A stretch of DNA of 64,000 bases from Candidatus Moanibacter sp. (GCA_965215885.1 CBDCEW010000090.1:54393-118392); one strand, 5' to 3'; counted from the first letter of the stretch, positions 42,753 through 53,008 are shown. Program-made: numbers and translations. Notes: a model not told the origin generated them from the letters alone.

Positions 42753-43769
42753 CTATTTCAGCCATTCTTCAATTCTCCCCGAGAGGAACCGAATCCACGA
42801 AGGATGATCGTTCATGCAGGGGAGCAGCGTTAATGAACCCCCTCCCGCACGTTCGAAAATCTCCTCTCCCATTATTGCGATCTCTTCAAGGGTCTCAAGA
42901 CAGTCTGTCACGAATGCCGGGCAGATTACGAGAATCTTCCGAATTCCCTCGTTTGCGAATCTCACCAGTTCATGATCCGTGTAGGGTTTCAGCCAGGGTT
43001 TGCGTCCCAGACGCGATTGAAAAGAGACGGCATATTTGCCTTCTGGGATTTCGGCTCTTTGCACAAATAGCTCTACTGTTTTGAAACACTGGTAGCGATA
43101 GCAGGTAGCGTGGGCGGGATGGGGAGTCTTGCAGCAATCTTTAACGGAGAGACAGTGAGCATGCGAGGGATCGGTTTTTCGGATATGGCTTTCGGGCACG
43201 CCGTGAAAGCTGAAGAGCAGTAAATCGTAATCATCTTCCAGGTGTGGAGCGGCCGAATCAACCAGGGCCTCGATGTACTTCGCGTCCTTATAAAACGGTT
43301 GCAGGATCGAGGTCTCAATACTCCGTTTCCGGCGCGCGACTTCTTCCGTCGCACACACAAGGGCGGTTTCATAGCTGGCCATCGCGTAGTGTGGATAAAG
43401 TGGCATTATCAAAAGTTCTTCGAGACCGTTGTCTACAAGATCGGCAATCGTATTGGCGATCGATGGCCTGCCATAGCGCATGGCCAGGGCTACAGGCACT
43501 TCGGTCTCTTGTTGCACAAGTTCCCGTTGTCGTTTGCTCATCGTGACCAGGGGCGATCCGTTGGGGCCCCATATTCGGCTGTAGGCTTCCGCTGATCGCT
43601 TGGGCCGGAACGGCAAAATCAAGAGATTCAGAATAAGAAACCGGGATAGCGGTGAGGTATTGATGACACGCTCATCCGAAAGAAACTCCCGCAAATAGCG
43701 GCGGACGTCGGGTACCGCAGTCGAATCGGGAGAACCGAGATTAAGTAGAAGAACCGCCTTCTTGCTCAT
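42753..43769 (-). CDS. hemH: Ferrochelatase
   Basis: LLNLGSP, PLYPHY, FSFHGVP, FQSRLG..WL.P, DCLETLEE. Confidence 0.96.
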   Translation of the reverse strand: MSKKAVLLLNLGSPDSTAVPDVRRYLREFLSDERVINTSPLSRFLILNLLILPFRPKRSAEAYSRIWGPNGSPLVTMSKRQRELVQQETEVPVALAMRYGRPSIANTIADLVDNGLEELLIMPLYPHYAMASYETALVCATEEVARRKRSIETSILQPFYKDAKYIEALVDSAAPHLEDDYDLLLFSFHGVPESHIRKTDPSHAHCLSVKDCCKTPHPAHATCYRYQCFKTVELFVQRAEIPEGKYAVSFQSRLGRKPWLKPYTDHELVRFANEGIRKILVICPAFVTDCLETLEEIAIMGEEIFERAGGGSLTLLPCMNDHPSWIRFLSGRIEEWLK

Positions 43770-44611
43770 AGGTTTGAAGCTAGATGGTTCAGGATGGATG
43801 AAATTGTCAAATTGTATCGGACGCCCATCTTAATTCGAAGGGGAACGGCAGAGGCCAAAAGTCTCAAAGTCGAAAGTCGCAGGTTAGGGGAGGAGGAATC
43901 ACGAGAATCATGGGGTCCGGTCGTCCGGTTTTCGATTCTGTAGAGTGAAAAATCGAAGACTCTGGTTCCTTACAGAGAATGCACGTTGAGGAGGCAAGGG
44001 AGCCCTTTCGAGTGAGACATATGTTCGTTATTCGTCGAAATACGAACAATCGGTAAAGTTCGAAGTAAATCGCGGTCACAGAGCGCCACAGAGAAGCACA
44101 GAGATTCACGGAGAATTGTAAATGGGAATATAGAAAGTTGGGAGGGTTCGACCGCGCACGACTCTGCTAAACGGCAGAGTGGATGAGGAACACAGATTGA
44201 CATTTTAGTAAGGAAGGCAGGAAAGCCCTTCGACTACGCTCAGGTCAGGCAGGATTGCCCAAACTATAGACCGAGGTAGGAGTCGACTTCGTCTCTCTGC
44301 CATCCGGCAGAGCCTGAAACGCGAAGAAGAGCTTTCCCAAGAGCGCGACCGAATTATTAGCCCACGAATAGCGCTTTTGGGAAAACTATTCTTTGCGTTT
44401 CTCGACTCGCATAAGCGAGTTTGCGAAGTCGACACCCTATTGCCCATCCCGCGACTGCGAGATCTAAGTCCTCTCTCTATCCGTTCCATCCGTGAAATCC
44501 GCGGTCATGCTGATCCCGATCGACCTTACGTCGAAAGATGTTTCCCGGTCCTCCCGGCAAGCCGGACTCCTCAGAAGGACTTACTAGCTTACTTGCGGCT
44601 TTGCTGCGCTA

Positions 44612-44787
44612 GCCCGCATATTTCACACACTTCGTCGCGAGACAGCGGAGGTTGCGGCGGATCAAGGGCTTACCAAAGTCCGGCGGATGACGGTGTGTTG
44701 GAACACGTGGAAGTCGGCGGACGAGGCAAGTCGTTGAGGTGCCGTAAGATCCGCCGGCGTAGCAGATGGCTTGTGAAATTTGCGGGC
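44612..44787. mobile_element. Family-B MITE (176 bp) with TA duplication
   Basis: TIRs GCCCGCATATTTCACA / TGTGAAATTTGCGGGC flanked by TA; interrupts a family-A 3' end (GCTGCGC-TA-GG). Confidence 0.85.
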
Positions 44788-44868
44788 TAGGTGCTTCGGT
44801 GTGCCTCGGTGTTTCTCGGTGATGCTCTGTGACCCACTCTTCCAATACTCCATCACTCCACCATTCCA

Positions 44869-46233
44869 TTAATCCAACAGAGCTCCGACTTTGCGTGCTG
44901 TCTCGATGCCCGAAGATATACAGTCACCGACTGCAACTCCGTCACGAAAATTCCCGATTATGGAGAGGGTGGGGTGTGCGCGCTCCACCTCAGCGATACT
45001 CTCAAGAAATTTTCCATAGCCGAGAACATACTGTGGAATCGCTCGCTTCCAGAAATAGTGTTTCGTAAAGACCGGTTCTCCCGTGATACCGAGAAGCATT
45101 CTGAGTTCATCCGTTGTGAGTCTGGTTAGGTCGTCGGGGGGCATGGAAGCGAGTTCTGGTCGAAGCATACCGCCAAGCAAGGTGGTAAGGGTAACGTGGC
45201 CTTCCGGGCACCGGCCAGGGAACATTGTGGAAGAGAAGATAGTGCCTAGAATATTCCGGGTTTCAATGGCCGGTACAAGCATTCCGAAGCCGTCGAGGGG
45301 ATGTTGCACATCTTCCCTGCGATGTCCGGAGACGACAATAGAAAGGGGGGCGTAGGGAATCTTACTGAGAAAGGCGATCGATTCTTTGGTGGGGCAAGCG
45401 AAAGGCAAAGAAGCCGCTCGATGGGCGGGAAGCGATAGGATGAGGGCTTGAAACGACGCCGTTCTCTCTTTGCCCTCTTGGTTCCACGCCAATTTCCAGC
45501 CGTCTTCTTCTGTGATGCTCTTGATATCCGAACGAAGATTGAGATTATCGTGTAATCGCTCGCCGAGAGCCTGAGGTATTGTATGCATACCCTTCCGAAA
45601 AGAGACGATGCCCATACCCGATGGTGTAGCGCCCTTTTTGCGGCGCTTTTGCACCTTGCGGCTTCCTTTGAGTATGGAACCGTATTTCTGCTCCAGGGCC
45701 CAGATTCTCGGGAGTGCGGATCTGACTGATAGATTCTCCGGATCACCCGCGTAAATCCCGGTTATCAACGGATTTACGATGTAATCCAGGATTTCACTTC
45801 CCAGGCGTCGTCTTACGAATTCGCCTACGCTCTCCTCTTCATTCGGGTTACTTCTACGAACAAACGGTTCCCGTAGGACCCGCATTTTCGCGCCGGGAGA
45901 GATGATGCTGCTCGTCAGTATCGCGAGTGGCGAAGGTGAAATCGAATGTGGTTTTCCGCCCCGCACGATAAAGCGTTTCTTTAATTTTGGATTGGCCTCT
46001 GCGATTTCGGAAGTGAGATCCAACTCTTGCAGAAAGTCCTCTACTTCCGGTTGGGTAATCCGCATCGAATTGGGGCCGGCTTCCGCCAGAAAACCCTCCT
46101 CAGTGTCCGTTTGGATAACTCCGCCGACCCGAAGAGAGGATTCGAATACGAAAACTTCGAATTCCCGCTTCTTAAGCTCATAGGCGGCGCTCAGTCCGGT
46201 AATGCCTGCCCCAATGACTGCAACTTTCTTCAT
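44869..46233 (-). CDS. hemY: Protoporphyrinogen/coproporphyrinogen oxidase (HemY type)
   Basis: GAGITGL, EAGPNS, GIYAGDP, GFGMLVP, AIPQY. Confidence 0.93.
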   Translation of the reverse strand: MKKVAVIGAGITGLSAAYELKKREFEVFVFESSLRVGGVIQTDTEEGFLAEAGPNSMRITQPEVEDFLQELDLTSEIAEANPKLKKRFIVRGGKPHSISPSPLAILTSSIISPGAKMRVLREPFVRRSNPNEEESVGEFVRRRLGSEILDYIVNPLITGIYAGDPENLSVRSALPRIWALEQKYGSILKGSRKVQKRRKKGATPSGMGIVSFRKGMHTIPQALGERLHDNLNLRSDIKSITEEDGWKLAWNQEGKERTASFQALILSLPAHRAASLPFACPTKESIAFLSKIPYAPLSIVVSGHRREDVQHPLDGFGMLVPAIETRNILGTIFSSTMFPGRCPEGHVTLTTLLGGMLRPELASMPPDDLTRLTTDELRMLLGITGEPVFTKHYFWKRAIPQYVLGYGKFLESIAEVERAHPTLSIIGNFRDGVAVGDCISSGIETARKVGALLD

Positions 46234-46261
46234 TCTCGCTAGATGTCAGCGAAATAATGCA

Positions 46262-46466
46262 ACCACGGATGACACAGATTGTCACGGATGATGATCGAGT
46301 TCAGTGGGGAGTCTCTACCGTACGGCAGTGCAGTGCGAAATCGACTCTTCCCGACTTTCTATATTTTCAACTACCATTCTCTGTGCTTCCTTGGCACAGC
46401 GCATCCCGCTCAGCGGGATTGCTACCCTCTCCAATCCCATCCGTTAAATCCGCGTAATCCGCGGTC
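46262..46466. repeat. CACGGAT-type inverted tandem-repeat element
   Basis: Left arm ACCACGGATGACACAGATTGTCACGGAT, right arm ATCCGTTAAATCCGCGTAATCCGCGGT. Confidence 0.7.
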
Positions 46467-46511
46467 AAATTCCTCTTGCTCGCAGTGGGTTCTTCTAACG
46501 GATTTCCTTAT

Positions 46512-47537
46512 TCAGTGGAATCCTACTACCGTATCGATCATAGCCTGGACGTTCTCGATCTTCGCGGAAGGTTGGATGCCGTGACCGAGGTTGAAGATAT
46601 GGCCATTGTAGGGCCGCATGTCCTCCATGATTTTTGAGGTCTCGCTGACGACTCTCTCCGGGTTTGCATTGAGAATTTCAGGATCGAGATTTCCTTGGAG
46701 AGCTACAGGTGTGGGCAGTGCCTTCCGAATCTCACTGAGCTTCACAGTCCAGTCCATGCTGAGGACCTTGGCGCCGGTGCCGATCAGATCAGAAGTGTGG
46801 TGGGCCATTCCTTTGGCAAAGAATATTACAGGAAAGCGCTCCGGTAATGCGTCGACAATCCGCCTGATCCAGCAGAGGGACATTTCCTTATAATCGGCGT
46901 CAGGACAGGCACCGCCCGAACTGTCGAATATCTGGAGAACGTCGACTCCGGCGGCAATCTGCATTCCGAAATAGTCGATTAAAGCCACCGTGACTTTTTC
47001 CAGGAGCTCGCTGAACTGGGCAGGCTCATTGTAAAAAAGATCCTTTATAAGTGAGAATTTCTCTGAGCGGCCGCCTTCAACCATGTAAGTTGCCAGCGTC
47101 CATGGTGAGCCCCCGAATCCGATCAAGGCCTTCTCCCCTCCCAGTTCTTTTCCGACAATGGTGAGAGTGCTCGCTACGTAGTTGAGTTTCTCGGCGATCG
47201 AATTAGGATCGAGTTGTTTAACGAGATGCGGTGAATCGATCTTATACTCCATTGCGATTCCTTCTGAGTCCGAATAGCTGTAGGGTTGTCCAAGGGCTTC
47301 AGGTATTACGAGGATGTCACTGAATACGATAGCGGCATCGAGATCGAATCGGCGCAAAGGTTGCAGCGTAACCGTTGCCGCCAGTTCCGGGGTCTTTGCC
47401 AGTTTCAGAAAGGAGTGACGCTTTTTCAGCGCTCGGTATTCGGGCAGATAGCGTCCGGCCTGTCGCATAATCCATATGGGCGTGCGGTCAACCGGTTCGC
47501 AGCGGCAGGCCGCTAAAAATCGCTCACGGGCATTCAT
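46512..47537 (-). CDS. hemE: Uroporphyrinogen decarboxylase
   Basis: PIWIMRQAGRYLPEY, FSDIL, QGNLDP, FNLGHG. Confidence 0.97.
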   Translation of the reverse strand: MNARERFLAACRCEPVDRTPIWIMRQAGRYLPEYRALKKRHSFLKLAKTPELAATVTLQPLRRFDLDAAIVFSDILVIPEALGQPYSYSDSEGIAMEYKIDSPHLVKQLDPNSIAEKLNYVASTLTIVGKELGGEKALIGFGGSPWTLATYMVEGGRSEKFSLIKDLFYNEPAQFSELLEKVTVALIDYFGMQIAAGVDVLQIFDSSGGACPDADYKEMSLCWIRRIVDALPERFPVIFFAKGMAHHTSDLIGTGAKVLSMDWTVKLSEIRKALPTPVALQGNLDPEILNANPERVVSETSKIMEDMRPYNGHIFNLGHGIQPSAKIENVQAMIDTVVGFH

Positions 47538-47710
47538 TTTGATGCTTTCCGCTATTGAGTTTCATAGATTTCGACCGCGGATTGCGCGGATTGGCGCTGA
47601 TGAAGAGTAATAAAGATATGTTTGAATGCCCTGCCAATGTACGGATGAGCGCTAAAAAAAACTGGTTCGACAGACTCAAGGCAAGCGAAAGTGAATTCAC
47701 CACGGATGAC

Positions 47711-48204
47711 CTGGCGCAGCCAAGCCGCAACCAAAGGAATGTGTTAGCAACGAATGAATGAAGGGCAACGAATGGGGAGTGTGAGAGCATTGAAAGCAAC
47801 GGATCAGGAACGGCGAGGAATAAATGAAGAAGAGAATTCCCACGGATGGCTCCGCAGTACCACGGATGGAAGAGGTAGTTTGCCGCGGATTCGAGAATAC
47901 CGCGGATTGGGGAAAAGGCATCGAGACAGCTGGAAAGAATTCAAAGAGAATGAGGGAAGTGCTCTCAAGCTTATTACGGCAAGTTTCGGGACGAGGTTTG
48001 CTTCGCTGGGTTCTGAGTAGGTCTGCGGTGAGCCGAACCCGTTAACAGTAAGGACAATCATGTTCGAATTTTAGAAGGAACTCCGACCTCCCTAGTAACC
48101 TTGTCGCGAACTTCGTCCCGAACCTTGTCGATCGCACTATCTTGAATTCCAACACATTACACTCCAGAACACGTTCAGAAAACAAAATTCAGATGGATTG
48201 TAGT
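47711..48204 (-). mobile_element. Family-A element A2
   Basis: ACTACAATCC...TTGGTTGCGGCTTGGCTGCGCCAG on the minus strand; removal restores CCACGGATGAC|ACGGATTTACACGGAT. Confidence 0.75.
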
Positions 48205-48348
48205 ACGGATTTACACGGATAGGAGAACGCGAATTTGTAAGCTAGGAATCCATAAAGGTGCATGCTGCGCGAGATTAAAGGCCAAGACAGAGTCGAGTCC
48301 CTGTTCTCCGTTCGGTCATCGCGGGTTCCATGTCCTCTCCCCATCCGT

Positions 48349-48581
48349 ATTACAATCCGTAAAATCTTTGTTTTTCTAGCAAGGTTTGGCGTAGAAAAGG
48401 CTGATATTCAATGAAATGCAGTCGACCCGTCGTCGCTGCGCTTTGCCGAGGCAGGCAAGTTCGCGAGTGAGGTTCGCGACGAGGTTTCCATGGGAAGTGG
48501 GAGTTTCCTTATGCATTCGCGTCCATCTGCGTTCATCTGCGGTTCTCTTATTCTTTTTTGGTTGCGGCTTCGCTGCCCCAG
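48349..48581 (+). mobile_element. Family-A element A3
   Basis: ATTACAATCCGT...TTGGTTGCGGCTTCGCTGCCCCAG; removal restores ATCCGT|GCAATCCGTG. Confidence 0.75.
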
Positions 48582-48798
48582 GCAATCCGTGCTAAAATTC
48601 TACCGAACTCCGTTCGAAGGATGCTTTGCTGTCCTCCGCTCTTTGCGTCTTTGCGACTTCTTGACAGGGCGAAGTCCCGCTCGCGGGTCGAAGACCGTTG
48701 CGTGAGAAATCTTTCCCTTTCATCTACGTTTCTCTCTCCTGACCTGTCGTGCCTCGCTGAAGACCCGCTCTGCGGTACGAGGCGTAGAATCCTCCGGG

Positions 48799-49395
48799 TC
48801 AACTGAGCTGCCTTCGCCCCTCAAGGGCACTCTTCAGCGTAACGGCATCGGCGTAGACGATGCCTCCACCGCTGGGGAGGCCGAATCCAATACGAGTTAC
48901 CTGGATATCGATTCCGGCGGTGATGGTTTCCTGAATATAGTGGCAGGTAGCCTCGCCTTCGATGTCGTTGGAGAGGGCGAGAATGACTTCCTCGACCGAA
49001 TTGTCCTGAAGACGGCGATCGAGGCCGCTGAGATTGATATCTTCAGGACCGATGCCATCGATGGGAGCCAATTTCCCATGAAGTACATGGTAGGTACCCG
49101 CATAAGCTCCGGAACGTTCGATCGCTACGAGGTCCGGGACCTGCTCGACTACACAGATGACTCCTTTATTCCGTTTTGGATTCCGGCATACTTGACACAT
49201 TTCTTCATCGCACAGGTTTCCACATACTTTGCAGGGCGATACTTTCTCTTTCGCCTCCTGAAGCGCCTCCACCAGTTCGGGAAGGTCGTCAGGCCTCTCC
49301 ACGGTGAGGTGCAGGGCAATGCGCTCCGAAGACCGAAAGCCGATCCCCGGAAGTTTCTTGAGGACCTTCTGCAGGTTTTCAAAGGAAGGGGTCAT
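48799..49395 (-). CDS. recR: Recombination mediator RecR
   Basis: LPGIG, C4 zinc finger, YHVLHG, EGEAT. Confidence 0.96.
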   Translation of the reverse strand: MTPSFENLQKVLKKLPGIGFRSSERIALHLTVERPDDLPELVEALQEAKEKVSPCKVCGNLCDEEMCQVCRNPKRNKGVICVVEQVPDLVAIERSGAYAGTYHVLHGKLAPIDGIGPEDINLSGLDRRLQDNSVEEVILALSNDIEGEATCHYIQETITAGIDIQVTRIGFGLPSGGGIVYADAVTLKSALEGRRQLS

Positions 49396-49644
49396 AAGGG
49401 AATGTAGATTGAATTTGACCGCGGATTACGCGGATTTACACGGATGGGGGGAACGACGGAGGCTACTTCCAGCCATGAGCCTGCTTGCCTCGGCAAACCG
49501 CAGTGACGACGGGTCGAATGGGAGACACCGAGGTCCAACCGAGCCTTTGTCGTAAGCTTCGTCGTCAACTTAATCGCCATTTCAGGTTGCTCTCTAGAGG
49601 AGGCTTACGATGAAGTTTTGGAGGTAAAAATAAGGTTCTTTCAT

Positions 49645-49952
49645 TCAAAATAGTCCCGGAAAATTCATTCCGGAAGAGACTTTGCCCATCTCTTCCTCGC
49701 TAGCTTCTTTCGATTTAGCGTGGGCTTCCTGGATGGCCGCCAGAAGAGTCTCCTCAACAAACTCCGAATCCTCCTTCAGAAATTCCGGGTCGAGACTTAT
49801 CGCCAGAATATCCTGCTGGCCGTTCACTTTTACCTTCACCGCCCCCCTCCACTTGAGACTTCTATCTCGCGCTGAGCCAGCTCCTCCTGAACGGCCTCCA
49901 TCTTCTTCTGCATCTTCTGCGCTTGCTTCAGTAATTTTCCTACTCCTGGCAT
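49645..49952 (-). CDS. ybaB: YbaB/EbfC nucleoid-associated protein, frameshifted in a G6 run (49842-49847)
   Basis: MPGVGKLLKQAQKMQ...SSGG then shifted AVKVKVNG...LDPEFL; adjacent to recR. Confidence 0.88.
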
Positions 49953-50070
49953 GGTGATAAAAAGTGAGTGTGAACGTGAATGTGACTGTGAAAGAGAGAG
50001 TAATATCCCACGGATTCAGGTCAACCACAGATCAAGACGATAGAACTCAACTACGGATAACGCGGTTTGC

Positions 50071-50425
50071 CTAGCGTAGCGAAGCCGCAACCAAATTGGT
50101 AGGTGCTTCCATGGAGAAGAGAATTGAACAGAAGGAAACGAAGAGAACCAAGAGGAATGAAGAGGGATTGTTTCCCATCCCGGCGCGCCGGGACTCCGCA
50201 GTACCACGGATTGGAAGGATCCCGCTGAGCGGGAAGATAAGAAAAACCGTAGATTCACGCAGATGGACACGAATGGAAAAGGAAACTCCTACTTCCCTGG
50301 TAACCTTGTCCCAAACTTGCCTGCCTCGGCAAAGCGCAGCGACGACGGGTCGACTTCACTACTTTAATACCAGCATGTTACACTCCAAAACGTGTTCAGA
50401 AAACCAACTTTTGACGGATTGTAAT
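50071..50425 (-). mobile_element. Family-A element A4
   Basis: ATTACAATCCGTCAAAA...TTGGTTGCGGCTTCGCTACGCTAG on the minus strand; removal restores GGTTTGC|ACAGAT. Confidence 0.75.
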
Positions 50426-50751
50426 ACAGATGGGGAGAGCCATCCGTGGGAATACTCTTCCTCTTTTATTCCACGCCGTGCCTCATTCGTGGTTCGCCCT
50501 CTTACTTTGGTTGTGCGTTCGACCCGCTGAGCGGGTCGAAGGGCGGCTATGCTTCTCTGTGGCCGCCATTCAGTCACGAATTTACCGTTTGTTCTTAGCC
50601 TACATGCAAAACATATCTACGCAGTTCGCACAAGAGTTGAGGGGAAAAACAGTATTATCTCATTTCCCCACTAATTCACGGTTCCCGCACGAAGCACAAA
50701 TTGCGTTGTTAATCGGTGAATGCGTGAGCAAGATTTGAACTGAGCAAAATC

Positions 50752-51669
50752 ATGGATACAATCGACAGCGAAGGTGTGAAATCATACCTCCTATCACTTC
50801 AGCGGACGATCAGTGACGCTATCAATGCTGCTGATCAGGAAGCCAAATCCAAAGAGGATCCCTGGCAGCGTCCGGACGGGGGCGGTGGCATATCGAACAT
50901 CTTTGAAGAGGGTTCGATATTCGAGAAATGTGGCGTCAACTTTTCGGACGTTAAGGGCAGCCAGCTACCGGCATCCGCCACGGCTCGCCGATCGGAACTT
51001 GCGGGCAGGGGCTTTCGTGCCATGGGAGTATCGGTAGTCATACATCCGACAAACCCCTATGTGCCGACGACTCACATGAACGTGCGCTTCATTACTGCCG
51101 AAGCGGAGGAGCATGCACCGATCTGGTGGTTTGGAGGAGGATTCGATCTCACTCCGTTTTACGGTTTTGAAGAGGATGCCGTTCACTGGCACGAGACCGC
51201 GAAACTCGCCTGCGATCCATTTGGCAGCGGTCTCTACGATCGGTTCAAAGAGGAGTGCGATCGCTACTTCTTTCTCCAGCACAGGAATGAGACGCGCGGC
51301 GTCGGTGGTCTCTTTTTCGACGATTTCGACGAGCTTGGGTTCGCGCGGTCCTTCGGCTTCATTCGCAGTGTAGGAGACCACTTTCTTCCCGCTTACCAGC
51401 CCATTCTGGAAAGGCGAAAGGAAATGCCCTACGGGGAGAGGGAGAGGCAATTCCAACTCTATCGGCGCGGACGGTATGTGGAATTTAATCTTGTATACGA
51501 TCGCGGCACCCTTTTCGGCCTTCAATCTTCAGGACGCACCGAATCCATTCTTATGTCGCTGCCTCCACTGGCGCGATGGGACTACGACTGGTCTCCAGAG
51601 CCGGGCACTCCGGAAGCGCAATTGTATGACGATTTTCTTAAACCGCGAGACTGGCTCGGCGGCCCGTGA
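50752..51669 (+). CDS. hemF: Oxygen-dependent coproporphyrinogen III oxidase
   Basis: [30 protein letters not shown]. Confidence 0.97.
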   Translation: MDTIDSEGVKSYLLSLQRTISDAINAADQEAKSKEDPWQRPDGGGGISNIFEEGSIFEKCGVNFSDVKGSQLPASATARRSELAGRGFRAMGVSVVIHPTNPYVPTTHMNVRFITAEAEEHAPIWWFGGGFDLTPFYGFEEDAVHWHETAKLACDPFGSGLYDRFKEECDRYFFLQHRNETRGVGGLFFDDFDELGFARSFGFIRSVGDHFLPAYQPILERRKEMPYGERERQFQLYRRGRYVEFNLVYDRGTLFGLQSSGRTESILMSLPPLARWDYDWSPEPGTPEAQLYDDFLKPRDWLGGP

Positions 51670-51814
51670 AACCGCCTTCGCAAGAGAATGATGGATTCAT
51701 CGATACTGATTTCTTTTCCTACCCTCCAACTTGTCTCGACATAGCTCGAAGGGCGACGGCGTCTGTGATTTTTGGGGTTAGACATGCCCTGCGTGCGCCT
51801 TTGAGGCCCAAAAA

Positions 51815-52078
51815 TCACTCAGGTTTCTCGACAAGACTTCCGGTTACATACTTATGGATGATACTCGAAATCAAGGTTTGATACGGCAGTCCCTCCCGAA
51901 TCGCTTTCTTTTGTATCCCCTCAAGGTCGCGCGAAGATATGCGGATACTAATCCTTTTATCTTTTCGAAGGGTGTGTCGCGCATATTCCTGGTAACGAAC
52001 TAAATCCTCCTCGTTCGTACTTAACTTGGCCTTTTCAAAATACTCCAGGATCTCTCTTTCTTCTTCATCCAACTTCAT
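51815..52078 (-). CDS. BrnA/CopG-like antitoxin
   Basis: KDKRISIR...EGLPYQTLISSIIHKY. Confidence 0.85.
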   Translation of the reverse strand: MKLDEEEREILEYFEKAKLSTNEEDLVRYQEYARHTLRKDKRISIRISSRDLEGIQKKAIREGLPYQTLISSIIHKYVTGSLVEKPE

Positions 52079-52795
52079 TGATTTCGTCTCCTCTTTGAAG
52101 GATAACTCTTAGCCTGGAAATCTCACACGATTTCCCGGCTTAATAACAAAAGGGCACAGAAGATATTGAATCCAAGTAGCGTATACAATTTTTTCTAAGG
52201 TTCATTAAGCGATTCCCTAGGACACTTTGTTCTGCTGACCCACCTCCACGGTTCTATGCCGTAAGATGATTATCGATACCTTTATTCCCTATGTCCCAAT
52301 GTACTCTGTGATTCTGTGGGGCAATTGCCGATGCGTTCGGCTTGCGCCAGAGAGGCGCTCAGCAAGAAAGAAAGTCGTTCCGTCTTTGTTTTCGAATTAA
52401 TAACATCCATTGAGCAAAAAGAAATGAACTCCCTGGCCCCCTCAATATCTTCTGTGCCCTTTTGTTGGATAGCCCGCTTTTTGCGCCTGGCAAGCAGCAA
52501 CGCGTTGGGAAGAGCATCTTGCCGCAATACCCTCCTCGGGAATTTGTGAGAAAAGCGGGCTAGTGGCTTTCCGACTGGGAATAACCGTCTTTAGGAATAC
52601 CTGCTGCTCAGATTCCACAAACGGCACCAAATATACATACTCGTTGATATTGATTACGTAAATCTTTTGATTCGGGTGAGGAATTGTGCCAAGAAGATCT
52701 CCTCGTTCCAAGTAATAGACGATATCCTCAAAACAGACGCCTCGTTCGCCCAGCAATTGCCGATTCTTTTCTTCATTCCAAACATATCTTTTCAC
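52075..52795 (-). pseudogene. BrnT-like toxin split near its 3' end by a family-B MITE
   Basis: WNEEKN...RGVCFE...LVPF...LKTVIPSRKAT; removing the MITE gives KSYPSKRRRNQ* with ATGA overlap onto the antitoxin. Confidence 0.85.
52112..52560. mobile_element. Family-B MITE (449 bp) with TA duplication
   Basis: Ends GCCTGGAAATCTCACA / TGTGAGAAAAGCGGGC; TA at 52110-11 and 52561-62; internal perfect 25-bp inverted repeat 52145-69 / 52442-66. Confidence 0.85.
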
Positions 52796-53008
52796 CTACA
52801 AGGGAAGGATATCCAACGTGTGCCTTATGTCAATACATAAGACCATTTTCGTCCTCATTCCTTACCAGCAGGTTGAGTTTGCACTAGTCTGCGATTTCTT
52901 GCATTCCGATCAAACCCAAATCACAGTCACCCCAGTTTTACATTGCAAAACTGCTGGAAATTGCGTTGCTAAGGAAGTCGTTCAACAATCCACAGCAACG
53001 CAATTTCC

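Noticed and set aside
43860..44870. Short ORFs in this and other repeat-rich spacers (e.g. SAVFSNPW-type peptides)
   Set aside because: Translations of repeat modules with no coding signal.
49842..49847. Phase variation or recoding in ybaB
   Set aside because: A G6 homopolymer one base short, consistent with the other indel errors in this assembly.
42399..50540. CRISPR array or integron attC cassettes suggested by the recurring 30-40 bp repeats
   Set aside because: No regular repeat-spacer period, mixed orientations, and no cas or integrase gene.
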